Assembly (NCBI GenBank): GCA_965205015.1
Contig: OZ242029.1
Span: 1,856,001 to 1,920,000, forward strand
Length of the DNA stretch: 64,000 nt
Direction: 5' to 3'
DNA from: Candidatus Poribacteria bacterium
GTDB lineage: Bacteria; Poribacteria; WGA-4E; WGA-3G
The translations under genes and the position numbers were made by a program. This document shows positions 38,865 through 48,221 of this stretch, one piece after another (the stretch's first letter is position 1; the number at the start of each line of letters is the position of its first letter). A model generated the notes under the pieces. That model ran no database searches. It saw nothing but the letters and a program-made list of their open reading frames with translations, and was not told the DNA's origin.

Positions 38865-39670
38865 GCACCAGATTTCTTCAATAAACCCTGAATGAACCGT
38901 ACATCTATACGCGCAAGGTCAATAACGGTGTCCACAGGCTCTCCGCTGTATTCACTGTGAAAACTCACAGGACCCGAAAAACCGATTGTTTGTAGCGTAT
39001 GGACCGCCGTTTCCCAATCGACGAAGCCTTTTCCCATCCGGACGACGCTCCCGCCTCGCATACCGGGTGAACGCGCCAGATCCTTGAAGGCGATAACTGC
39101 GAGGTGCGATTTGACGATATCCAGTGCCATGTTAATCGGTTCCCCGACGATGGACAGATGTCCTGTATCGGCAAAAACACCGACGTGCTGCGCGTCGAAA
39201 CCCTTTACGAGGTTCATCACTGCACACGAATTCAGTCCCATGGAGGTCCCGGAATGGTTATGGATGCATGTCCGAGGTCCATACTGCTCGGAGAGTTTCG
39301 CGAACCCATCCAATTGCGTGCGGATAAAATCGACCTGTGCCCAGTAGCCGCCATCCGCTGCGTGCCAGTGCCAGTATCCGAGTTTGATGTTTTCAACACC
39401 TGCTTCACCCGCAGCGGCGTAGACGCGGCGTGTCTCTTCCTGTCCAGGGTCGAGGAAATCACCCGGTGTTGTGACAAGTGGGATGGATAAGCCTGCAGCG
39501 GCGAACTGCTTTGCGGCGGCGGGCAATGCTTCCGTTGCATTTTCTGGGTTCACTGGATAGCCTGGACGCACACATAGATCGGCACCGCTCACGCCGACCG
39601 ATTGTAACGCGGTAATAATATCTGGAATCTCTAAGCCTTCCAGATGTTTCGTGAACATAATAAATTTCAT
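38861..39670 (-). CDS. Sugar phosphate isomerase/epimerase (TIM barrel)
   Basis: IHNHSG, ADTGH, AFKD, GKGFVDW, SFHSEY. Confidence 0.85.
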   Translation of the reverse strand: MKFIMFTKHLEGLEIPDIITALQSVGVSGADLCVRPGYPVNPENATEALPAAAKQFAAAGLSIPLVTTPGDFLDPGQEETRRVYAAAGEAGVENIKLGYWHWHAADGGYWAQVDFIRTQLDGFAKLSEQYGPRTCIHNHSGTSMGLNSCAVMNLVKGFDAQHVGVFADTGHLSIVGEPINMALDIVKSHLAVIAFKDLARSPGMRGGSVVRMGKGFVDWETAVHTLQTIGFSGPVSFHSEYSGEPVDTVIDLARIDVRFIQGLLKKSGA

Positions 39671-39823
39671 ATTTTTCTAACTATGGCCTCTTGGACACCG
39701 CTCCATTTCATTACGCGGTGGTGTCTGGTTAACCCGCGACTGAAATAAGGATCTGTACGGTTTTAAAGATTTGAGCCACTCTTTTCCATCGGGTTTGTGG
39801 CACATCGGAGCGTGCCTACTACT

Positions 39824-40927
39824 TTACCAATCCACGACAGAACCGTCATCGGGATGGTATGTCACGGGATTCTGCCAATCGTGGTCAATCTTATCTTCGA
39901 GGGCGTCTTCATCGAGTTCGATGCCGAGTCCGGGACCGGTGGGCAATTCAACGAATCCGTCTTTGAAGACGAAGGGATTCTTGAGATAGCCTTCACCGAG
40001 GGTCGTGTGCTCCTGCATCAAAAAGTTTGGGATCGAGGCATCTAACTGAATGCACGCCGCTAAAGAGATGGGACCGAGCGGATTATGCGGAGCAATACCC
40101 CCATAGTAGGCTTCCGCCATACCGGCAATAATACGCACCTCGTTGATACCGCCAGCATGACAGAGGTCGGGTTGGAGAATAGATGCTGCCTGTTTCTCTA
40201 AAATCTCACGGAAACCCCACTTTGTAAACACCCGCTCACCTGTCGCAATCGGAATGTGGGTGCTCCGCGCGATTTCAGCGAGGGTGTCCACATTTTGGCA
40301 CTGAATTGGCTCTTCAATGAACATGGGTTGGTAGGGTTCTAACGCTTTAATCAGAACTTTTGCGGTTTGCGGGCTGATTGCACCGTGGAAGTCAATCGCG
40401 AGGTCAACCTCTGTGCCTGCGGCTTCGCGCAACGCTGCGAAGTGGTCCACGGCTCTGTCGATGAAGGCTTTGTTTTCGATAATACGTGCGGGTCTGCCCC
40501 CTGCAGGACCTGTTTTAAATGCAGTAAACCCTTTGTCAATCCACTCTTTGATGCCGTCTGGGTCCCCGCCACCTTTATAGAGTCTGATGCGATCGCGTGT
40601 CGGTCCACCGAAGAGTTGATAAACGGGAACACCGAGCGACTTCCCTGCGAGATCCCAGAGGGCTTGTTCTACACCGCTCAATGCGCTTGTGAGAATGGGA
40701 CCCCCGCGGTAGAATGCGTGGCGATACATCGCTTGCCAATGGTGGACAACGCGTCTCGGATCTTGACCGATAAGGTAGGGTGCGAGTTCGTCGACGGCTT
40801 GTGCACACGTTTTCGCGCGTCCTTCCAGAATAGGTTCGCCGAGTCCGACTAAACCCTCATCCGTATGGATTTTAAGAAAAAGCCAGCGCGGTTGGACCAG
40901 GAAAGTTTCCAATTTTGTTATCTTCAT
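39824..40927 (-). CDS. dgoD: Galactonate dehydratase
   Basis: PRWLFLKIHTDEG, FYRGGPILTSALSG, IDFHG, FIEEP, ATGER, APHNPLGP, DGSVVDW. Confidence 0.9.
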   Translation of the reverse strand: MKITKLETFLVQPRWLFLKIHTDEGLVGLGEPILEGRAKTCAQAVDELAPYLIGQDPRRVVHHWQAMYRHAFYRGGPILTSALSGVEQALWDLAGKSLGVPVYQLFGGPTRDRIRLYKGGGDPDGIKEWIDKGFTAFKTGPAGGRPARIIENKAFIDRAVDHFAALREAAGTEVDLAIDFHGAISPQTAKVLIKALEPYQPMFIEEPIQCQNVDTLAEIARSTHIPIATGERVFTKWGFREILEKQAASILQPDLCHAGGINEVRIIAGMAEAYYGGIAPHNPLGPISLAACIQLDASIPNFLMQEHTTLGEGYLKNPFVFKDGFVELPTGPGLGIELDEDALEDKIDHDWQNPVTYHPDDGSVVDW

Positions 40928-41183
40928 TTTTAAATGATTCCTTGCGGTTAAATGACGCGGGTGTTTTGCTTGGGGGTTTCCCCTGGGACGTTAACGATCC
41001 TTTCTCGAATCCGAAAAAATACGCAAAAATACCCAAGCAATACGCAGAAATGTCCTATCAAAAATACCTCTCTATTTCATGACAAGCTACGGTTTTCTAT
41101 TTTACGGACACCTTGAAAATTAATAGGGACTTGCAAGCAGCAATTCCCCGCTTGAAACGGTTTGCTTTGTGGATTTTGATGTT

Positions 41184-41212
41184 ACATTACCATTTTCCGT
41201 AAATTTTGTCAA
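41184..41212 (-). promoter_or_regulatory. Putative promoter TTGACA-17-TAATGT for the dgoD run
   Basis: Consensus -35, weak -10. Confidence 0.35.
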
Positions 41213-41657
41213 CAATTACACGGTAGGAATCCTTTCGTTTTCACGGAGACTTCACGGAGGTCTTTATCGTCGTAGGTGGTCCGCGGGTTCCCAAGGTTCA
41301 CTATAACCTTTCTCCGTGAAGAAACGAATGTGAAATTATATTTAACTTATGGTATCTGTTTTTATTCTTTACAAAATTATGCACCAGTTTTCCATCTAAT
41401 GAGCGTCACTATAGGACAATCGGAGATGATGGCAGGAATTGAGTCGTAAACTGATATTTTAAATCTACCGTTTAAAGGAATTGTATTAGGTCCTTGACCT
41501 ATATATCTGCGAGATTGACACAAGCCTTTGGACGTGTTATTATTTTTTTTAAATGAGTTGGTTCGGTGCAGCGCGGTTAAAGTCATTTTCCGTGCGTTTT
41601 TTGCACAATAGCCTTTTTGAGAAAAACCCTTAAAATTCACAAAAGGAGACCTGCACA

Positions 41658-42908
41658 ATGAACCGTTCTTATGTCCTTTCCCCAACTTTTATCGCCGGTA
41701 TCATGCTTCTGTTTTCACTGTCTCTCCAGAGTGCTGCGACGACATTTTCTGGTCGTGTTGTTGATGAAGCAGGAAACCCCGTTTCTGGCGTTGAGGTAGT
41801 CCTGCCTGGATTCAGAGTGACCACACCTCAGGACCAAGATGAACCCGTGTTTTTCGCCTCTCAACAAGCTAAGACGGATGAGGCTGGCAAGTTCTCGATT
41901 CGTGAGATTACTTCACCTTCAGTTCAATTGGTATTGCTTCCCTTCCGTGCGGCAGCCTATGAAATTCGCGCTGCCAAAATTGAGGGGGTATCTTTCTATA
42001 TTGATAAGCACCGGAGTCGTTATAGTGGGCTCACGTTCGCTATTGCACCGGGAGCAGATGTCGAAAATGTAGAGATAATTGTTCGTCCAAGAATGCGGAT
42101 TCGTGGACGTGTTCTTTCTGCCGACGGCACCCCGCTTCGCAATGAACGAATCGGCTTCAGAATAGAACACCGCGGCATAGATGGTAGAGGGGGTGGCAGT
42201 GGTGGAAGCACGAGGGACCTTGATGCCGATGGTTACTTTGTGGAGTACGTGGAAGAGTCTGCCTATTATACTATCTCCGTAGGATATCAGGGACAATCCG
42301 CAACGTCGGAGGAAATATTGCTTGAAGACGGAGAACGTCACGATAAACTCGTCTTAACGCTCGACGATAAACCGCCGCTGAAGCCCGACCGAGCGGTCGC
42401 TCGTGCCCCCGACAGAGAACGATTTGAAGCCGCGTGGAACCGTGATCGTCAAGGTATGTGGGCGATTAATCCTGAAAATCGGCATGCCTACAAAAGGATT
42501 TATTGCGAAACCCGTGAGGAGGCACGCACTCGCGCTGTTGAGCAAGGGGCACATCTCGTGGCTATCAACGATGCAGCAGAACAGGAGTGGCTCCTTGAAG
42601 TCTTTGGACGTGAAAATTATTGGATTGGACTCACCGACGCTTCAAAAGCGGAGAACCCACACTGGGATAACGGTGAACCTGTTACATATACCAGTTGGAG
42701 TGCGTCAGAGAAAACTGCTGGCGATGAAGCGACTGGTCAAGCCGATGACACAAGTCCGGATTACACTGTTCTCATTGGATTGACAGGGAAATGGCAAGAG
42801 ACGCGTCTGGGCAACCCTCTCGCACGCTTGACACAACGAGCGATTCTGGAGCAAGAGCATTTCACTGTTGGAGCCCCTGAATTAGACGATAATATTGAAA
42901 GGCGTTAA
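41658..42908 (+). CDS. Secreted protein: two carboxypeptidase-regulatory-like beta domains plus C-type lectin domain (paralogue 1)
   Basis: Signal peptide; SGRVVDEAGNPV; IRGRVLSADGTPL; NPENRHAYK, AHLVAIND, YWIGLTD, WDNGEPVTY. Confidence 0.85.
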   Translation: MNRSYVLSPTFIAGIMLLFSLSLQSAATTFSGRVVDEAGNPVSGVEVVLPGFRVTTPQDQDEPVFFASQQAKTDEAGKFSIREITSPSVQLVLLPFRAAAYEIRAAKIEGVSFYIDKHRSRYSGLTFAIAPGADVENVEIIVRPRMRIRGRVLSADGTPLRNERIGFRIEHRGIDGRGGGSGGSTRDLDADGYFVEYVEESAYYTISVGYQGQSATSEEILLEDGERHDKLVLTLDDKPPLKPDRAVARAPDRERFEAAWNRDRQGMWAINPENRHAYKRIYCETREEARTRAVEQGAHLVAINDAAEQEWLLEVFGRENYWIGLTDASKAENPHWDNGEPVTYTSWSASEKTAGDEATGQADDTSPDYTVLIGLTGKWQETRLGNPLARLTQRAILEQEHFTVGAPELDDNIERR

Positions 42909-42937
42909 AGCACAGCGAGACACGAGGAGGTATTGAC

Positions 42938-44260
42938 ATGAAACCGACCTATGTTACACCAAAGTTAGTCGTACTTGCATTGATATTTTCGTTTGTTGGG
43001 ACAAGTATTGAGACAGGCGCAGAGGAGTTTAGCGGACTTTCGGGGAAAGTCGTCGATTTAGAGGGAAACGCCGTCGCTGGCTTCACATTTGCCATTCGAC
43101 CCGTCCAACTACACGACGGTTTTCTGGAACCCGAGCACGGTGACCCAGCCTCTTTACCCCAGGCGGAAACGGATTCGGCGGGAACTTTCACTATCAGCGA
43201 TATCCAGCCGGGGCTTATTCAATTAATCGCGCTTCCAGCCCCCTTGCTTGATGCTTTTGAGATGTTTGATCCAGAACGATTCCCTCCAGAAGGGGCGATT
43301 CCACCGGAATTGATGAGCCGTGGCGGACTTCATCCAGATAAGAAGATTCTCTCTATTCAAGTTGGAAAAGTTACCTTTTTCAATGTGGGAGACCACTTCT
43401 TTTCTGAGGGACTCACGTTCGCACTCGAACCCGGTGTGATTATTGCAGGTGTCAAAGTTACCATTAAATCGCGGCTTCGGATTCGCGGACGCGTTGTTTA
43501 CAACGATGGTACACCTCTTGCCAACGCCGAAGCGGATCTCACGATGGAACAGAGTCATGAGACCCGTCCGAATCACGGTGGCAGCCATAGCACCAACTTT
43601 TTTACGGATGCCGGTGGTTACTTTACGGAATATGTAGAGGAACCTGGGTTCTATACGCTCTCTGTGGAATATAACGACCTTTCTGCGGGAGTGGGTCCCT
43701 TTCTGCTTAAAGATGGCGTGCAACCTGAAGAGGTTGTCTTAACGCTTGAGGGCAAACCGGATCCTGTTACACCCCCCGCTGATAACATTCCAGTCCCCGG
43801 TGACATTAAGTTCCATCAGCCCCCCGCACCGCCGCCAGTAAAAAGCGTGTGGATCATTAATCCTACAAACGGACACGCTTACAAGAAGGTTCTTTGTGAA
43901 GACTGGCAGGATGCCCAACGCAAGGCTGTTGAGGAAGGCGCGCACCTCGTCTCTATCAACGACGAAGCCGAACAACATTGGCTTGAGGTAATCTTTACAC
44001 ACAAACCCTTTTGGATCGGACTCACCGATGCAGAAAATGAGGGAGAATGGCAGTGGGATAGCGGTGAACCTGTCACTTATACCAATTGGGCGACCCATCC
44101 AAGTTTCCCTGATAGACTTCCAGATGCCGAAAAGGACTATGTCGTGGTCACCTTTAGACAGGGCGGGTGGCAGGCTGCGGGTCCTGAGAGTCCACTCTGG
44201 CGCATGGCACGATGGGCAGTCATCGAAAAAGACGGATTGGTTTCTACCATTGATAAATAG
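42938..44260 (+). CDS. C-type lectin domain protein (paralogue 2)
   Basis: Same architecture; FWIGLTDAENEGEWQWDSGEPVTYTNW. Confidence 0.85.
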   Translation: MKPTYVTPKLVVLALIFSFVGTSIETGAEEFSGLSGKVVDLEGNAVAGFTFAIRPVQLHDGFLEPEHGDPASLPQAETDSAGTFTISDIQPGLIQLIALPAPLLDAFEMFDPERFPPEGAIPPELMSRGGLHPDKKILSIQVGKVTFFNVGDHFFSEGLTFALEPGVIIAGVKVTIKSRLRIRGRVVYNDGTPLANAEADLTMEQSHETRPNHGGSHSTNFFTDAGGYFTEYVEEPGFYTLSVEYNDLSAGVGPFLLKDGVQPEEVVLTLEGKPDPVTPPADNIPVPGDIKFHQPPAPPPVKSVWIINPTNGHAYKKVLCEDWQDAQRKAVEEGAHLVSINDEAEQHWLEVIFTHKPFWIGLTDAENEGEWQWDSGEPVTYTNWATHPSFPDRLPDAEKDYVVVTFRQGGWQAAGPESPLWRMARWAVIEKDGLVSTIDK

Positions 44261-44281
44261 GGTGTCCTTGTACCTTTAAAA

Positions 44282-44305
44282 GTAGTAGGCACACTCCGTG
44301 TGCCG
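44282..44305. repeat. GTAG-type REP GTAGTAGGCACAC-TCC-GTGTGCCG
   Basis: 7-bp stem preceded by GTAG. Confidence 0.6.
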
Positions 44306-44335
44306 TAACAGGTCGGTTTCAGAGGAGATAGAAAA

Positions 44336-45565
44336 ATGACACATCTATATTTCGGAAAGAAAATCCTTATATTTTTTTTCGGAATTGTAGCATTTTTACT
44401 TACGGATGTGTGGGTGATGCGCGCGGAGGAGAATACATTAACCGAGTTCTCCGGTCGCGTCGTTGATAAAGCAGGGCATCCGATTGCTGGACTTACGGTG
44501 GTCCTCGTTCCCGTTGAGGATGGACACGGGGCGTGGTTTCCGATTAAGGTGGAGGGTCGTAAGTGGCCAGACGATCCTATGGCGTTCCAAGCGGAAACCG
44601 ATGCAGAGGGGCGTTTCGCCATTACCGATGCCAGTGTCGGTCCCGTGTTATTAGCATTGTTTCCGTATCATAAGCCAGAGGCACATATCTTAAAGGTCCA
44701 AATCGGCGATATGTTTCTCTATGCCCCTGAAGAATCGTGGGGACGTGGCATCGTGTTTTCTGTGGAACCGGGGGAGTCCATTAAGGATGTTGGGGTCACG
44801 GTACGGCGGTTTCTACAACTCCGAGGAACAGTGCTGAAGATGGACGGACGACCGCTCGTCAATGCACAACGGGTCAAGTTCAGGGTGAAGCAACTCAGTT
44901 TAGATGGGGCATACGATGGTAGAACGTCATGGACCACAGAAACGGATGCCGAGGGGAATTTCGTGCAGTACATTCCGCCTGATGTAGATGGACCTATGTT
45001 TTACTTCATGTCTCTCACATGTGGGGACGGAAGCGCACAATTGGATCCAATTGTGGTTAAACCTGGAGATCTCATGCATGAGGCGGTCTTCACGTTCGAG
45101 ACCCCACTCATCCCTGAGAGGCCCGGGAACGCTGTCCCTCGTTTTCATGGTGGGCTTGACGCGACGGGTGTATGGATCGTCAATCCCGAAAATGGGCACG
45201 CCTACAAAAAGATCCGTTTTAGCGGCGTAGAAGATGCTATCGCGCAAGCAGCGAAAGAAGACGCTCATCTCGTCGCGATTAACGATGCAACAGAGCAGCA
45301 GTGGTTAGAGCAAGCCTTTTCCCCGATGCGAACCTTGATTGGACTCAACGATATCGAGGAAGAGGGACAATGGCAGTGGCACAGCGGCGAACCCGTCACA
45401 TATACCAATTGGGCACAGTATGAACCGCAGGATACTGACAACGGTGATGAAGATTACGTTGTTATGATGGGCGATAGATGGATAGATATTGGGCCTGGAG
45501 ACATCCGATGGCGTTTTATTCAGACAGTGCTTTTTGAGAAGGAAAAACCTCCTGTGAAGAAGTGA
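44336..45565 (+). CDS. C-type lectin domain protein (paralogue 3)
   Basis: Same architecture; IGLNDIEEEGQWQW...NWAQYEPQD...EDYV...WID. Confidence 0.85.
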   Translation: MTHLYFGKKILIFFFGIVAFLLTDVWVMRAEENTLTEFSGRVVDKAGHPIAGLTVVLVPVEDGHGAWFPIKVEGRKWPDDPMAFQAETDAEGRFAITDASVGPVLLALFPYHKPEAHILKVQIGDMFLYAPEESWGRGIVFSVEPGESIKDVGVTVRRFLQLRGTVLKMDGRPLVNAQRVKFRVKQLSLDGAYDGRTSWTTETDAEGNFVQYIPPDVDGPMFYFMSLTCGDGSAQLDPIVVKPGDLMHEAVFTFETPLIPERPGNAVPRFHGGLDATGVWIVNPENGHAYKKIRFSGVEDAIAQAAKEDAHLVAINDATEQQWLEQAFSPMRTLIGLNDIEEEGQWQWHSGEPVTYTNWAQYEPQDTDNGDEDYVVMMGDRWIDIGPGDIRWRFIQTVLFEKEKPPVKK

Positions 45566-45606
45566 GCATTGTGCGTTCACAACGGATGTTTTGTGGAGAG
45601 AAAACG

Positions 45607-47031
45607 ATGAAATACACAAATTCCAAAAGAAAAATTCGGATTTGCCGAATGATGGCGGCTACGTTTCTCATCAGTTTTGTTTGGATGGGTGTTGCTCAGG
45701 AAGATACGGGGACTGTTACCGGACGCGTTGTTGATCCGGATGGGAAGCCGGTTACCGAGTTGCCGATATTTATTGCACCTCTTGATGATGATGGCGATGG
45801 ATATATGTCGCCGGTGCTTTTACCGAATGAGCACGAGCAGTTGCGTCGGGCACGCACAGACCGAGAAGGTCGGTTTTCTATAACAGGTGTCCCCTCAGGT
45901 CCGCTACACATCGGTGCACTTCCTTACGACATAGATACACGCCTACCCAAGGACTTTGAAAACATTGTAGACGAGTTCACATCGAAAGATTGGACGGAAC
46001 TTACACAAAACGATATAGATGCGTTCGTTTCCAACTTCGGTATGGATCCAGGGGACTTTGCGCCAGATGTTGAAATTTTGTCCCTCCGTATCCGAGGGAT
46101 AACCTTATACCCGCGCCACGATTATGATGAAATCGCGTTCGGTCTCAAACCCGGCGCGCTTATAAAGAACGTGGAGGTCACGGTGCAGCCGCGGATGCGA
46201 ATTCGCGGACGTATCCTTTTCAAGGACGGAACGCCACTTGTCAATACACGTATCAGTCTCTACACTCGCTCTCGTAATGTGGATAATGCTGGTTCCAGCA
46301 GCGGCGGCGGTGACGTGTGGGTAGACACTGACGGATACTTTACCTACCATATAGCTGAAAAAAATGATGCCGCAGTCTACACGTTTTCTTTTGAATATCA
46401 AGATCTTTCTGTGGAGGCTGAACCAATTCGCCTTGACCCCGGGGACCGATTTGACGGACTGACATTGACTTTTGACAGCGCGCCAATTCCCCCTAAACGT
46501 CCCCCTCAAAAAACGGAAACTGACGCGTTTGAACCGCCTCCGCCCGTAGCAGAATCACCGTCGATACCAACGTCTTCTGATGACGTGTGGGTCGTCAATC
46601 CCGAAAATGGACACGCCTATAAAAGAATTCACTGCGAAACGCGCGAGGATGCCAGTGCCCAAGCCACCGAAGAAAAAGCACATCTCGTCGTGATTAACGA
46701 CGCGGCAGAACAAGCATGGGTGGAAGCAGTTTTCGGTCATAAATTCTATTGGATAGGACTCCAGCGCGTCCCCACGACAGGCTCGCTTTCTAAACGGGCA
46801 AAAGAGTGGTGGCAATGGGATAACGGTGATCCTATCGCCTATGCAAACTGGGTAACCAACGATTTCTTTGCTGAATCTTTGGATGCCAGCGAAAGAGACT
46901 ATGTCGTTATGACCCTTCCGAATGGCAAGTGGTATGCCGTGAGTCCTGACAGTGTTATTTGGCGTATGACAGAAATGGCGATCCTCGAAAAAACAGATAT
47001 ATTTGATAGTTCCCCTGTCCAAGAAGAATGA
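45607..47031 (+). CDS. C-type lectin domain protein (paralogue 4)
   Basis: Same architecture; NPENGHAYK, YWIGL, WQWDNGDPIAYANW; start after GGAGAG. Confidence 0.85.
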   Translation: MKYTNSKRKIRICRMMAATFLISFVWMGVAQEDTGTVTGRVVDPDGKPVTELPIFIAPLDDDGDGYMSPVLLPNEHEQLRRARTDREGRFSITGVPSGPLHIGALPYDIDTRLPKDFENIVDEFTSKDWTELTQNDIDAFVSNFGMDPGDFAPDVEILSLRIRGITLYPRHDYDEIAFGLKPGALIKNVEVTVQPRMRIRGRILFKDGTPLVNTRISLYTRSRNVDNAGSSSGGGDVWVDTDGYFTYHIAEKNDAAVYTFSFEYQDLSVEAEPIRLDPGDRFDGLTLTFDSAPIPPKRPPQKTETDAFEPPPPVAESPSIPTSSDDVWVVNPENGHAYKRIHCETREDASAQATEEKAHLVVINDAAEQAWVEAVFGHKFYWIGLQRVPTTGSLSKRAKEWWQWDNGDPIAYANWVTNDFFAESLDASERDYVVMTLPNGKWYAVSPDSVIWRMTEMAILEKTDIFDSSPVQEE

Positions 47032-47072
47032 AAAGGTCAGAACAAAAAACGTGTAAATTGCGTGTGGTCGTG

Positions 47073-48152
47073 TTAAAAAAGCAGGTTTCCGCAGTAGGCA
47101 CAGGCGTGCAATTGGACATCCCCCTTAAACGTTTCACGTTCAGGCGTTAGGTAGGTCTCGTGATTCGTGACGCAGTTTGTGTTTTCACAAGTATGTGTAG
47201 AAGCGGCAATGTCCCGCTCTGGGGGTTGGGTCAAGATGAGCTGCTCCAATCCAACAAGGCTGGCGATCAGTGCCATCCGCACAGGCACTGCGTTCGCGGA
47301 TTGCTCGAAATAGGCAGCACGTGGATCGTCGTCTAACTCATAAGCGAGTTCATTGACGCGTGGGAGTGGATGCATAATCATCGCATCCGACTTCGCGTTC
47401 TTCATGACTTCTGCATTTAGCAGATAACTACCGCGCACGGCGGCTGGATCCATGTTCGATGGCAGTCGTTCCTCCTGAAGTCGGTTCACATAGATAACAT
47501 CCAGCCTCTCGATCACTTCTGTGATATTTTCTACTTCAAGTGGTATCTGTCCATGACACTGTTCCAGTTGCGCAAGCACCCACGGTGGCATCTGTAACGG
47601 CTTTGGCGCGATGTGAATCAGATTCCCTCCGAATCGTGCGACTGAAAGGGCAAAGGAGTGTGCCGATCGTCCGAACTGAAGATCCCCGCAAATACCGACA
47701 GTTAACCCTTCTATCTTGGATTTTCGCTGTATAATGGTATAAAGGTCCGCGAGTGCCTGCGTCGGATGTGTATGACTCCCGTCACCACCGTTGATGACCG
47801 GAATATGTGCGTGCTGTGCAATGACGCGCGCTGCACCTGCCCAGTTATGCCTCACGACAATGAGATCGGCATAGTTCGTCACCATCCGTGCGGTGTCGGC
47901 GAGAGTTTCTCCTTTGGTGACAGAAGTCGCCTGTGGGTCGGCGAAGCCGAGGGTGCCGCCATTGAGGCGTCCCATCGCACTTTCAAACGAAAGCCGGGTC
48001 CGGGTGCTGGGTTCAAAAAAGAGAGTTGCCAGCAGTTTACTTCGGCAGATCCCCGCCCATGTCTCCAGTTGCGACTGCATGCCTGCCGCGAGTCGAAAGA
48101 TTTGTTCAATCTCAAAATTCGACAAATCGTCGAGGGTTATCAGATGCCGCAT
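47073..48152 (-). CDS. pyrB: Aspartate carbamoyltransferase with C-terminal PyrI-like zinc domain
   Basis: FFEPSTRTRLSF, HPTQ, RLQEER, MHPLPR; tail CENTNC...CAYC. Confidence 0.92.
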   Translation of the reverse strand: MRHLITLDDLSNFEIEQIFRLAAGMQSQLETWAGICRSKLLATLFFEPSTRTRLSFESAMGRLNGGTLGFADPQATSVTKGETLADTARMVTNYADLIVVRHNWAGAARVIAQHAHIPVINGGDGSHTHPTQALADLYTIIQRKSKIEGLTVGICGDLQFGRSAHSFALSVARFGGNLIHIAPKPLQMPPWVLAQLEQCHGQIPLEVENITEVIERLDVIYVNRLQEERLPSNMDPAAVRGSYLLNAEVMKNAKSDAMIMHPLPRVNELAYELDDDPRAAYFEQSANAVPVRMALIASLVGLEQLILTQPPERDIAASTHTCENTNCVTNHETYLTPERETFKGDVQLHACAYCGNLLF

Positions 48153-48221
48153 GTGCCTCCTCTGAGGATCTGTTATGAATCCACCTTATCCTTATCATGT
48201 ACCAGTTTTTTTCAAAAACGA

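Noticed and set aside
41377-41685. 102-aa minus-strand ORF
   Set aside because: Overlaps the start and upstream region of lectin gene 1, with no recognisable motif
41658-47031. Diversity-generating retroelement targeting the C-type lectin genes
   Set aside because: No reverse transcriptase and no near-identical template/variable repeat pair differing at adenines; the paralogues diverge throughout
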